The translations under genes and the position numbers were made by a program. Below the pieces are notes generated by a model that was not told the DNA's origin, ran no database searches, and saw nothing but the letters and a program-made list of their open reading frames with translations. From contig JAFGKT010000060.1 in assembly GCA_016928435.1 (NCBI GenBank), forward strand, positions 20,870-84,869: DNA of 64,000 nucleotides, written 5' to 3'. The stretch is from Sedimentisphaerales bacterium (GTDB taxonomy: Bacteria; Planctomycetota; Phycisphaerae; Sedimentisphaerales; SM23-30). Shown piece by piece: positions 36,935 to 46,658 of the stretch. Positions within the stretch are counted from its first letter, which is position 1. Each line of letters begins with the position of its first letter.

Positions 36935-39517
36935 CTATGCGTCCTTATCTTCCGGTTTCTGGTGCTTATGTAGGTTCTCAATATCTGCAGCGTCATCTTC
37001 GGATTCGAGAGCGTCTTCCAGCATCGCTTCTTCGCGATGGGCCTCATCTATAACCTTATTTTCGACCTGTTCAACAAGGGCAATATCATCTGCCGAAACA
37101 TTACCTATAACCCGGCCGTCATCAAGGACACTAACCTCTTTTTCTCTCAATCTTCGGAAGAGCTTCTTCAAGTCAATAGTGGTGCCAATAGAAAACCAAA
37201 TCGTGGAAACCAGGGCGACAGCACCTGCGATAACGATATTCTGAATAAAGAACCAGTTCGCCCAGCCTTCGTTACTCCATTGGCCAAAAAATACATTCCA
37301 CACCGCCACAACGACAAACTGAATCAAGAACCCCCATCCAAAGCTATAAATAAATACCGACCAGGTAAGAATTTTGTCGCCCCTGCTGTATTCTTCGTTG
37401 ATGCCTATAAGTCGCAAAAATGCAGCCTTAGGAGTAAGACGCCTCTTGATGCTATCATCCCGGTCACCTTCCCGCTTGTACTTGCCGCGGTGCAGCATAC
37501 GATCCATATTGAACGGTTCGCGACAAGTCAGCAATGAAACAACAATGTATAGACCAAGACCAAGGAACATAGTAATAGCATACATCTCCTGTGAGTTGAT
37601 CGGGAACTTATCAGGCCCAACACGCCACAGAATGTATGGCTCGAACGGAGCCGATGCCCCTTCAACAATCGCCGTCACCGTACCGAGAAGGCCAGCGTCC
37701 AATAGCCACGGATAGATCGTTTCCACCCACATTTGTTGGCCCAAAAATCCGCCTACCGCCATTGATGATCCCACAATTAAAGCCACCCAAGCCCCCGCCG
37801 TTGTCCCGCGACTCCAATACAAACCGCCGACAATGCAAGGACCGGAACCGCCAAGCCAAATCAGACCCGTTATCGCGAAAAACATCTGAATATAGTCAAC
37901 CTGGCCAAAGTAAAAACTGAACAAAAACGCGAACAACGCGACCCCGACGATAATTAACCGAAGAACTCGTAACTGTTGTTTGGGCGTAAAGGGCTTCCTC
38001 CGAAGCGGCAATATCAGATCCTGCACGATAATGCTGCCCCATGAATGCATATATGTCGTATCCGTAGAAATCAGCAAAAACACACACAACGCGCAAAATG
38101 CCCCTGTAATCCCTATAGGTAAAATATAGCGAAGAGCCATCGGCACACGCATCTGCCCGAAGATAGTGAAGAATGTTTGTGACCCGGAAGGATCCACCGC
38201 TTTGATAGAATCTCTCGCGGTTAAGATACGTGCCTCACGCGCCGCGCGAGCTTCTTCCCCGGCTGATGGTGCTACTATCGGCGACTCAACTGCAACTTCT
38301 TGCTCTCCTGCACCCAGACCGGCAAGCCTGATCCGCTCCTTTTCTGCTTCGCCCTGAAGTCTTAGTTCTTCACTTTGGTTCAGCCAATCCCGAACAGCCG
38401 GGGTTACTTCACCTGTATTAATATACTGTGTAACTTCCTGGCGAACTTGGGCGTTTTCTTCACCGGATACGATGTCATTTAAGGCTTTGGTAGCTAATTC
38501 AGTTCGACATGCCAGGGCGCCGCTGGGGCCGTCATTAAACTTCGCGTTGGTCAAAAAAGTCAAAGCTACAACGGCCAAAAGAACGTACATCATGCCTGAA
38601 AAACCCGAACGCCAGGTTCCCAAAACACCACCCATTTTCTGCTCGTGAGCGTTTAATGCCGCGGCGTTGTAACCCTGAGTGCCCGACCAGCCCATACGGT
38701 TTAAGATGCCGCCTAGCATGCCCACAAGCACAAAGAACAGATTGAAATCACGATGCGCCTCGATATCAAATGGATTCAGAAGACTCTGACCCGGCGGACG
38801 ATCAAGCAACGAGGGGGCGATTTCATTAAACCACGAAAACCGGTAAATCAAATAGCCGACAACCAGCAAATAAAGAGGATAACTGACCAGCCCCTGCACC
38901 GCGTCGGTGACCATAATAGTAATTTGCCCGCCTTTGGTGGCAACCAACACCGCCACAGACAAAAATATCGCCATAACCAACCCAAAAGTGGGAAAAACAA
39001 ATCCGAAAACTGATATGTTAATAGGCAAATCGCAGAAATAAACAATGAACCTTGAGCCAACCGCCGGGAAGATAGCATAGTTTACCACGCCCGAAATGGA
39101 TTGCAAAATAGCAGCAAAAATACGAAAACTGCGAGAGTAACGCATTTCAAAAAACTGACCCATTGTCATCGCTCGGGTTTCGCGAAAACGATAAATACAA
39201 TAGCCTGTCAAACCCAGTATTATGCCGATCGGCCCAGCTATACCTCCCCACCAACCATAAGCAAAACCGGACCGATAATATACTTCATACATGCCGACCA
39301 AGCTAATCAAGCCGAACGCCGCTTCACCGGAAGCAACCGTCAGCACATAACGTCCCGCCACACGTCCCCCTGTCAGAAAATCAGATACACCCTTGACGTA
39401 TTTTTGAGCCTTGAGACCATTAAATACAACAATCCCAACCGGAATCGCAACGATTAACCAATCTATCCAATGCAAAGTATCACCTCTTTCAATAATCGTT
39501 AGGACTGTAATACGCAA
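36935..39517 (-). CDS. sodium:solute symporter (SSS) family transporter with a large hydrophilic insertion
   Basis: 860 aa, many TM segments, SSS-like N-terminus 'GGRVAGRYVLTVASGEAAFGLISLVG'. A ~110-aa charged insert and a C-terminal acidic tail. TTG start. Confidence 0.8.
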   Translation of the reverse strand: MRITVLTIIERGDTLHWIDWLIVAIPVGIVVFNGLKAQKYVKGVSDFLTGGRVAGRYVLTVASGEAAFGLISLVGMYEVYYRSGFAYGWWGGIAGPIGIILGLTGYCIYRFRETRAMTMGQFFEMRYSRSFRIFAAILQSISGVVNYAIFPAVGSRFIVYFCDLPINISVFGFVFPTFGLVMAIFLSVAVLVATKGGQITIMVTDAVQGLVSYPLYLLVVGYLIYRFSWFNEIAPSLLDRPPGQSLLNPFDIEAHRDFNLFFVLVGMLGGILNRMGWSGTQGYNAAALNAHEQKMGGVLGTWRSGFSGMMYVLLAVVALTFLTNAKFNDGPSGALACRTELATKALNDIVSGEENAQVRQEVTQYINTGEVTPAVRDWLNQSEELRLQGEAEKERIRLAGLGAGEQEVAVESPIVAPSAGEEARAAREARILTARDSIKAVDPSGSQTFFTIFGQMRVPMALRYILPIGITGAFCALCVFLLISTDTTYMHSWGSIIVQDLILPLRRKPFTPKQQLRVLRLIIVGVALFAFLFSFYFGQVDYIQMFFAITGLIWLGGSGPCIVGGLYWSRGTTAGAWVALIVGSSMAVGGFLGQQMWVETIYPWLLDAGLLGTVTAIVEGASAPFEPYILWRVGPDKFPINSQEMYAITMFLGLGLYIVVSLLTCREPFNMDRMLHRGKYKREGDRDDSIKRRLTPKAAFLRLIGINEEYSRGDKILTWSVFIYSFGWGFLIQFVVVAVWNVFFGQWSNEGWANWFFIQNIVIAGAVALVSTIWFSIGTTIDLKKLFRRLREKEVSVLDDGRVIGNVSADDIALVEQVENKVIDEAHREEAMLEDALESEDDAADIENLHKHQKPEDKDA

Positions 39518-39714
39518 AACTGCTGTTAAGGCAACCCGCTACCGCTTTTTGTACCGATATGTATGAGGGGATCGCAGGAACCCGGATGAGCCCAGCTACT
39601 CGCAATTCGACTTTCGCGGCAGGATTCTTATATACTCAGGAATTGGCCTAATCGCAATAGGATTCTTATGTCATCCTGGGTTTTCAATATAAACAGGACC
39701 TATTTGGGTTATTT

Positions 39715-40995
39715 TTAGGCATTCTCGGTTTGCGGGATAAAATCGGGAAGATAGAAATCCTTTTCCCACCCATCCAGCCATGCCGAACGCAAATCACCAG
39801 GGAGTACATCTCTTATGTTTATGAACTTGTCCTCGGAATATGCTAACGTGGCAGCATGGGCAAGCGTTTCTGCTGCGAAGGCTTGCTGCACCGTGGTCAT
39901 AGGATGCGCAGTGGTTGTCATTAGTTGATAGAAATGCCGAGCGACATTGTGGCCGCCATTGTAGTGTATGCGATTACGGTAATCGAAATCGAAAACGGAT
40001 TTATCGCCCGGAGTTGCAAACCGCTGACAGAGGACTACTCGACCGTGGTTGTCATCGCCGTCGTGAGTAAAGCTGATTTTCAGAATGCCTTTGGAACCTA
40101 TAATCTCATACTCTCGACTGGGACAACTTGAAGGCGTGAAATAACACTCGCTGTAAGAGCCAAAAATGTCATTCTCAAAATCGATCAGACACGCTTCGTT
40201 ATCCGGCACATCAATTTCCTGGGCATAAACACATTTATTCTGTCCTTGGGCTTCCATTGGTTCCACGCCATAATTAAGGCTGATGTTATGGATGCTGCTG
40301 GGACAAGAAATGCTTTCCGGGCAAGCCCCGCATGTGAGATCATTGCTTTTTGTGCCTCCAAATACCTGTCTTTTAGCAATCGCGGCAACCCGAACTGGCT
40401 TAGCTTCCAAAAGATGTATCAGGATGTCAAAATCATGCGTGGCTTTTTCCACAAACATGCCGCCGCCGCCGGCCATGGTCCTGCGGAAATTCCTATACAT
40501 GGTATTGCCATAGTGGCAATTCTGGACGAAATTGAACGAACACACTCGGCCTATCTCGTTATCGCGAATGAGCTGCTTCGCTTTGATGACGATGGGCGCG
40601 TAACGCATACAATGATCGACCACGATCTTGCCTGGATATGTTTGCGAAAAACGAAGTACGTCGCATATGTTGTCGTAGTTGGCATCTAACGGCTTTTCGA
40701 GCAAAATGGGAATATCGAGACCTTCAAACCGGCGGATGATTTCCAGGTGCAGATTATTAGGTGCAGCGACTATAACCCCATCGAGTTCTTCTTCTTGAAG
40801 CATATCTGGCACCGAAGCATAACGACGGGGGGAAATCTTAAGTATTTTACACCCCAACGCGTAATTATCATCGGAAGGATCAACCACTGCCGTAATGTCC
40901 ACGATGTGATTGCCAATTTCTAGAAAATTACGGCAAAGCTCACGCGCTATGATGCCAAAACCAATTACGCCGACTTTCTGATTCTGTACCGCCAT
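39715..40995 (-). CDS. Gfo/Idh/MocA-family oxidoreductase
   Basis: Rossmann 'KVGVIGFGIIAREL' and 'LLEKPL' motif; 426 aa with a Cys-rich insert 'CGACPESISCPSS'. Confidence 0.85.
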   Translation of the reverse strand: MAVQNQKVGVIGFGIIARELCRNFLEIGNHIVDITAVVDPSDDNYALGCKILKISPRRYASVPDMLQEEELDGVIVAAPNNLHLEIIRRFEGLDIPILLEKPLDANYDNICDVLRFSQTYPGKIVVDHCMRYAPIVIKAKQLIRDNEIGRVCSFNFVQNCHYGNTMYRNFRRTMAGGGGMFVEKATHDFDILIHLLEAKPVRVAAIAKRQVFGGTKSNDLTCGACPESISCPSSIHNISLNYGVEPMEAQGQNKCVYAQEIDVPDNEACLIDFENDIFGSYSECYFTPSSCPSREYEIIGSKGILKISFTHDGDDNHGRVVLCQRFATPGDKSVFDFDYRNRIHYNGGHNVARHFYQLMTTTAHPMTTVQQAFAAETLAHAATLAYSEDKFINIRDVLPGDLRSAWLDGWEKDFYLPDFIPQTENA

Positions 40996-41044
40996 AGATA
41001 ATCCCTCTGATTAACTGAAAAAACATAATTACTTCAATCCCCGG

Positions 41045-41095
41045 TAGGGTGGGTAATTTCGGGTAACCTGCCCGATGTTACCCACGCGGTTCCTA
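41045..41095. repeat. hairpin repeat family 3, copy a
   Basis: 'tagggtgggtaattt'-hairpin (GGGTAAC/GTTACCC)-'cccacgcggttccta'. Same frame and length as 54880-54930 but with a different stem sequence. Confidence 0.65.
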
Positions 41096-41132
41096 CATCC
41101 AGTCGCAATAGCTAGCGGGAGTCGAGAAAGTG

Positions 41133-41217
41133 AACGAGATAAGACGCATTTTCAACTTCGAATAATTCTCCGCAGTTTATAATTCGTCTAATTGTATAGT
41201 TAAAACAAGAAGCCCCG
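41133..41217 (-). pseudogene. relic of a third discoidin-lipoprotein paralogue (promoter/SD/first ~11 codons only)
   Basis: The minus strand is ~80% identical over ~85 nt to 22121-22203 (leader, GGAG and the 'MLKMRLIS' codons of paralogue A). The start ATG has become AAG. Similarity ends about 40 nt before repeat family 3 copy a. Confidence 0.55.
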
Positions 41218-41220
41218 ACA

Positions 41221-42267
41221 CTATCGTTTAGGTCTTAAACTTGCCCCCACCGTTGAGGCACGTGTAATCAACGGCCCCTTAATTCTTATGCTTGGCGTCT
41301 CGTTATAGGAACCATCTTGCTTTTTGAGCAATATCCTCGCGGCCTCACGGCCTAAATCGACACGACACTCGTCAACAGTCGTCAAGCTGAAAAACGGATG
41401 ATCGCTGCCCTCAATATTACCAATACTCGCCACCGCCAAAGTGTCGGGAACGGATATTTCCAGTCGGGCCAGTTCTCCCAAGGCTTGCATTGCTACAGGG
41501 TCGGAAATGCAAACCAAGGCCGAAGGCCGATCCTCCTGCGACATCAGGTTACGTACGTTTTCAAATACAGAGATTTCATTGGCTAACTCCGCGCGATGTA
41601 TCCAATTATCCTTGCACTCCAATCCAAGTTTCTTCAGTCCACATTTGAACACCTGTTCCCGCTCTGTAAGGATGGGAGAATTGAAGTCCACCGTCAAGAA
41701 ACCTATGTCCCTGTGACCTACCTGATGCAGGTGATTCAGCAACTTATATATCGCGTCTTCGGGATCCAAAACCACAGACGGTATCTTCGAGGAAACAGAG
41801 TAGTCACCAATAAACACCACTGGAACACCTTCGTCCACGGCTGCCGCATAACTGTCTTCACAAATAGGCTGAGGTGTCGCGATGATGCCGTCCACTCGCT
41901 TTTCCAGCATCAACTTCAATTCCTTACGGCATTTCGCCTCCTCCCAAAAACTCACCGACAACATTGTCTCATAACCATGGAAACCAAGCACTTCCTGTAT
42001 CCCACGGGTGATCTCATGAGCAGCGGAACCAGTCAAATCATTGAATAGGACACCCACTGACTTCGTTTCTTTGCTCACCAAAGCCCGAGCCCAGTAATTC
42101 GGGCGATACCCCAGTCGCTTGGCTGCTTGGTGAATCTTCTCAACCGTTTCCGGAGAAAGATTCACTTGGTCCTGCTTGCCTCTCAACGCGTAGGATACCG
42201 TCGTCTTGGAAAGATTGACTTCCCGGGCGATGTCGCCGATACCCACTTTTGATTTAGATTTAGCCAT
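41221..42267 (-). CDS. LacI-family transcriptional regulator (LacI-2)
   Basis: HTH 'IGDIAREVNLSKTTVSYALR'; colinear with LacI-1. Confidence 0.9.
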   Translation of the reverse strand: MAKSKSKVGIGDIAREVNLSKTTVSYALRGKQDQVNLSPETVEKIHQAAKRLGYRPNYWARALVSKETKSVGVLFNDLTGSAAHEITRGIQEVLGFHGYETMLSVSFWEEAKCRKELKLMLEKRVDGIIATPQPICEDSYAAAVDEGVPVVFIGDYSVSSKIPSVVLDPEDAIYKLLNHLHQVGHRDIGFLTVDFNSPILTEREQVFKCGLKKLGLECKDNWIHRAELANEISVFENVRNLMSQEDRPSALVCISDPVAMQALGELARLEISVPDTLAVASIGNIEGSDHPFFSLTTVDECRVDLGREAARILLKKQDGSYNETPSIRIKGPLITRASTVGASLRPKR

Positions 42268-42677
42268 CCGTAATCAGCTCCATAAAATAGCTATTCTTCT
42301 AAGTCCGCATTGTAGCGCACTGAAACGATTTCTTCTATGGTATATGATAGTCTTCTTGTCTTTTCCTAGGGTTTACGCTTGCCTAGACCAGAAACCGCTC
42401 CGGCAGCACCGTTCTCCCAGAGCCCCTCTATTTATCTAAATAATTCGCTAAATTAACATATATTATTGTGGATACAATACTTATGGCGATTGGCAGACCC
42501 CCGTCATACAGCATAACACTCTCGCAATGCCCCATATTCTATCACCTTGCACAAAATATCTACTGTTAAGGATTGGCCGGTTACGCCGGAATGCAGCGTT
42601 ACAGTTATGGCAGATTTACTGGATGTTTGGAGCGCTATAACGGGCGTAAAACTAAAATTTTCTTGCATTCATCATAT

Positions 42678-42694
42678 TGTAGTATAATATTACA
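42678..42694 (+). promoter_or_regulatory. putative GntR operator overlapping a TATAAT box
   Basis: TGTAGTATAATATTACA (TGTA-n9-TACA inverted repeat). TATAAT at 42683-42688, 8 nt before the ATG at 42697. Confidence 0.4.
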
Positions 42695-42696
42695 GT

Positions 42697-43386
42697 ATGA
42701 TAAATGCAACAATAATGCGAACGCCGATTAGAGACCAGGTAATTATTTATATCAAGCGGTTGATAATCGAACAGTCGCTCAAGCCCGGCGACAGCTTGCC
42801 GACCGAAGTGGAGTTGGCGGAGCAGTTGGGGGTCAGTCGATCCAGTGTACGCGAGGCGACAAAGACGCTCAGCTTCTTGGGTATCGTGCAATCCGCGCCG
42901 CGGAGAGGACTTACGGTGGGGGATGTGGATATGGGGCAGATAATGGAGTATCTAGGATTCCATTTTGCCTTGAGTGATTATCCCAAACAGCGTCTGCTGA
43001 AGTCGCGTTTCATTGTAGAGTCGGGAGTGCTGCCGGAAACCATGGCCCGCATGGCCGAAGACCCCACCATCTATGAACGCCTTATTGACATAATCGAGAA
43101 AGCAGAGAAAGAATCGGATATTGACAGAGTAATCGCATTGGATACGGAGTTTCATCAAACGCTGCTGAGAGAAAGTGGTATTGATCCACTGGTGGCCTTT
43201 GGGGATCTGCTGGCCACGTTTTTCAGTAGATTTCGAGAGGAGTTTATTTTTCACCGGTCGCATTGGAAAGAGGGAATGAAGAATCATCGAAAGTTGGTGC
43301 AGGCTTTGGCTGAGGGGAAGTTGCAGGAGGCGAGGGAGCTTCTGGCTGAACACATGGCTTATTATGGGGTGGAATTAAAGGGATAG
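42697..43386 (+). CDS. GntR-family (FadR subfamily) transcriptional regulator
   Basis: Winged HTH 'LPTEVELAEQLGVSRSSVREATKTLSFLGIV' plus an all-helical FCD-like C-terminal domain. Confidence 0.88.
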   Translation: MINATIMRTPIRDQVIIYIKRLIIEQSLKPGDSLPTEVELAEQLGVSRSSVREATKTLSFLGIVQSAPRRGLTVGDVDMGQIMEYLGFHFALSDYPKQRLLKSRFIVESGVLPETMARMAEDPTIYERLIDIIEKAEKESDIDRVIALDTEFHQTLLRESGIDPLVAFGDLLATFFSRFREEFIFHRSHWKEGMKNHRKLVQALAEGKLQEARELLAEHMAYYGVELKG

Positions 43387-43425
43387 ATCAGAGATTTAGG
43401 GCAGACGCATCACAAGGATTCATAG

Positions 43426-44229
43426 ATGAGTTCAGTCGCAAACAAACCGGTTCGTTTCGACTTATCGGGTAAGGTGGCGCTGGTGACCGCGGCGGCAGGA
43501 GGTTTTGGTTCGGCGATTACGACCGGACTGGCTGAACATGGCGCTGCGGTTGTGGCAACGGATATTGTAAAAGATGCCGTAGTTGAGATGGCTGACAAAA
43601 TCACCGCGGAAGGTGGACAAGCTGCCGGGATGATCTGTGATGTGACTGATGAGACGCAAGTTACAGAGGTGGTAAAAGCAACGCTGGACCGATTTGGCCG
43701 ACTGGATATTCTCGTGAATATCGCTGGGGTAGGGGTACTCAAGCCGATTCTGGAAATGAGTCGGCAGGAGTACGATCAAACCATGGATACTTGCCTGCGG
43801 GGGGCGTTTATTTGTTCCCAGATCGTCGGGCGAGCAATGCGAACCCAGGGCCAAGGGGGCAGCGTGATCCATATAAGCAGTATAGCTGGGGCGCGAGCAT
43901 TGGGGCGGGGCACCGGAATATACGCCGCGGCAAAGGCGGGCCTTAACGCCATGGTGCGGGAGTTGGCGGTGGAATGGGCCGGACACGGTATTCGGGTCAA
44001 CGCGATTGCGCCGTGTCAGTTCTTAACGCCGCCATTGAAACGAATGTTGGAAGATGAGCGTTTTGGGGAAAAGAATTCGCTCTCAGCGAAAATGTTGGCG
44101 CGGATTCCGATTGGTCGCTTTGGCTTGCCGGAAGATTTAGTAGGCCCCTGTGTGCTATTGGCTTCGGATGCGGCAGCGATGATGACAGGACAAGTAGTTT
44201 ACGTGGACGGCGGATACTTAGCACAGTAA
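43426..44229 (+). CDS. SDR-family oxidoreductase
   Basis: 'ALVTAAAGGFGSA' and catalytic 'YAAAK'; 267 aa. Confidence 0.88.
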   Translation: MSSVANKPVRFDLSGKVALVTAAAGGFGSAITTGLAEHGAAVVATDIVKDAVVEMADKITAEGGQAAGMICDVTDETQVTEVVKATLDRFGRLDILVNIAGVGVLKPILEMSRQEYDQTMDTCLRGAFICSQIVGRAMRTQGQGGSVIHISSIAGARALGRGTGIYAAAKAGLNAMVRELAVEWAGHGIRVNAIAPCQFLTPPLKRMLEDERFGEKNSLSAKMLARIPIGRFGLPEDLVGPCVLLASDAAAMMTGQVVYVDGGYLAQ

Positions 44230-44234
44230 GAATA

Positions 44235-46619
44235 ATGAAAAAGCAGACAGAGAACAACATGGGATTGAGTAAAACGCAGTTGTTATCGCTCTATGAGCGA
44301 ATGTTGCTGTTGCGGCGTTTTGAGTTGACGGTGCAAAAACATTACCGAGCGGGCGTGGTGCCGGGATTCATCCATCTCTATGTGGGAGAAGAAGCCACTG
44401 CCGTTGGGGTATGTGCGCAATTGGACCAAAGCGATTGGATCACCAGTACCCACCGTGGACACGGACACGCCCTGGCCAAAGGACTCCCGCCCAAGACGGT
44501 GCTGGCGGAATTGTGCGGCAGACAAGATGGTTGCTGTGGGGGACGCGGTGGAACCATGCACCTTTATGCGCCCGCGGTAGGATTGTTTGGTACCAATGGA
44601 ATCGTGGCCGGTGGTATGCCCCTGGCTGCGGGCCTGGGATTAAGCGCCAAAGTACGCGATAGTGGTCAAGTAGCGGTGTGTTTTTTTGGGGATGGTGCCG
44701 TTAATCATGGTGCGTTTCACGAATCCATAAACCTCGCTGCCGTGCAGGATTTGCCCGTAGTTTTTGTATGCGAGAACAATCTATATGCGACTTGCACCGC
44801 TTTAGCGGATTCGACCAAGAATGCGGATGTGGCCGGCAAAGCGGCAGCGTATGGAATACCGGGCGTGGCCGTGGATGGCAATGATGTCTTGGCGGTCCGG
44901 CAAGCCGCGGCGGAAGCCGTTGAGCGAGCCCGACAGGGCCAAGGACCAACACTGATTGAGTCGCGAACTTACCGAGTAGTGGGTCATCATGAGGGCGATG
45001 TGTTGACCGGAACCTATCGTACCGAAGAAGAATTGGAGCAATGGAAAAAACGCTGCCCGATCATGAATTACCAGCAGCATTTGCTCAAGACCGGCACTGC
45101 CGACAACGCGGATTTAGAAGAGATTGCCCAGCGAGTCGAGAATATCATAGAAGAGGCCGTGCAGTTTGCCCTGGCTTCCCCTCAGCCCGATCCTGCCACT
45201 GCGACCAAGCATGTCTGGGCTGAGCCCATCAATCCGCCCGAAGCCTTGGCGACGTCGTCAACCGAGACAGTGGAGCAAGGCTGGATGGAAGCGGTACGCG
45301 ATGGCATCGCCGAAGAAATGCGCCGCGATCCGCACATCATTTATTTAGGCGAAGGAATCGGTGAGCGGGGCGGTACCTTTGGCCATACAAAGGATTTGTG
45401 GCAGGAGTTTGGCGCTGGCCGGGTGATAGACACACCGATCTGCGAACTCGGTTTTACCGGAGCAGCGATTTCAGCGTCAGCCTCAGGATGCCGCGCCGTA
45501 GCCGATCTGATGATAAGTGATCTGCTCTTCGAAGCCGGCAGCCAGATTGTGGATCAGGCCGCCAAACTGCGTTATATGAGTAACGGTCAGTTGTCGGTGC
45601 CGATGATAATTCGATCAGGAGCCGGGTTTGTAAAAAATACCGGCCCCCATCATAGTGGTATGTTCCACCCCGTGTGGGCCCATGTGCCCGGCCTGATCGT
45701 GGCGGTTCCATCAAACCCAGCCGATGCGAAAGGATTGTTCAAGACAGCTCTACGCTGTGGCGATCCGGTGATCTACCATGAGCATAAGTCGTTGTTGTCA
45801 ACTAAAGGACAGGTCCCCGTAGGGGAGCATTTTGTGCCTTTTGGAAAGGCTAAGATCGTACGCCCCGGAGCGGACATTACCATAGTATCGTGCGGATTGA
45901 GTCTGCATCATTGCTTGGCCGCGGCAAAACAGTTGGACCAGCAAGGCATCGACTGTGAAGTGATTGACCTGCGCACGCTGGTACCTCTGGACCGAAATAC
46001 GATAATGACCAGCTTGGCGAAAACCAATCATTTGTTGGTTGTGGATGAGGGATTTGCCATGTGCGGAGTCGGAGCGGAAATCGCCGCGGCGGTAATGGAA
46101 GAAGGCTTCGATTATCTCGATGCCCCGGTGGCACGACTGCATACCGATACTGTTACTCCGCCTTTCAGTCCCAACTTAGAAGCTGCCATCGTTTTGAACA
46201 GTGAAAAAATAAAAACCGCCGTGCGAGAAGTCTTGGCAGGTATAGCACGAGCGCCGCGCTCTGCCCGAGGAGCATCCAGCTCAGCATCGAACAGCACCGC
46301 CGAAGCGGAGATAAAATCCCAGGGATCCGATAAAGGCCCGAAAAGTGCCAATCCAGCCACGCCTAAAGTGACCAGTCAAGCCGAAGGCGAGCCGTTCTTA
46401 ATGCCTAATATGGATCTGACGGTAACTGAAGCCACGATTGTACGCTGGGTGAAAAAGGTCGGCGATAAGGTCGCTGCGGACGAACCGGTGTTGGAAGTAG
46501 AGACGGACAAAGCAACCGTCGATGTAGAGGCGCCGATGGCGGGAACATTGGTGGAAATACTTGCCCAAGAGGGCGACGTTGTACCATTGGGAGGGCGCAT
46601 TGGTACCATACGACGTTAA
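44235..46619 (+). CDS. 2-oxoacid/acetoin dehydrogenase E1 alpha-beta fusion with C-terminal lipoyl domain
   Basis: N-terminal third is E1 alpha (ThDP motif 'GDGAVNHG...ENNLYA'). The middle is E1 beta ('DTPICELGFTGAA'). A Ser/Ala/Pro-rich linker follows, then a 78-aa lipoyl domain with 'EVETDKATVDVEAP' (Lys codon at 46509-46511). Confidence 0.85.
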   Translation: MKKQTENNMGLSKTQLLSLYERMLLLRRFELTVQKHYRAGVVPGFIHLYVGEEATAVGVCAQLDQSDWITSTHRGHGHALAKGLPPKTVLAELCGRQDGCCGGRGGTMHLYAPAVGLFGTNGIVAGGMPLAAGLGLSAKVRDSGQVAVCFFGDGAVNHGAFHESINLAAVQDLPVVFVCENNLYATCTALADSTKNADVAGKAAAYGIPGVAVDGNDVLAVRQAAAEAVERARQGQGPTLIESRTYRVVGHHEGDVLTGTYRTEEELEQWKKRCPIMNYQQHLLKTGTADNADLEEIAQRVENIIEEAVQFALASPQPDPATATKHVWAEPINPPEALATSSTETVEQGWMEAVRDGIAEEMRRDPHIIYLGEGIGERGGTFGHTKDLWQEFGAGRVIDTPICELGFTGAAISASASGCRAVADLMISDLLFEAGSQIVDQAAKLRYMSNGQLSVPMIIRSGAGFVKNTGPHHSGMFHPVWAHVPGLIVAVPSNPADAKGLFKTALRCGDPVIYHEHKSLLSTKGQVPVGEHFVPFGKAKIVRPGADITIVSCGLSLHHCLAAAKQLDQQGIDCEVIDLRTLVPLDRNTIMTSLAKTNHLLVVDEGFAMCGVGAEIAAAVMEEGFDYLDAPVARLHTDTVTPPFSPNLEAAIVLNSEKIKTAVREVLAGIARAPRSARGASSSASNSTAEAEIKSQGSDKGPKSANPATPKVTSQAEGEPFLMPNMDLTVTEATIVRWVKKVGDKVAADEPVLEVETDKATVDVEAPMAGTLVEILAQEGDVVPLGGRIGTIRR

Positions 46620-46658
46620 CGAGATTGGCTGCATAAAGCGGGGCGATAGGAATCAAAT

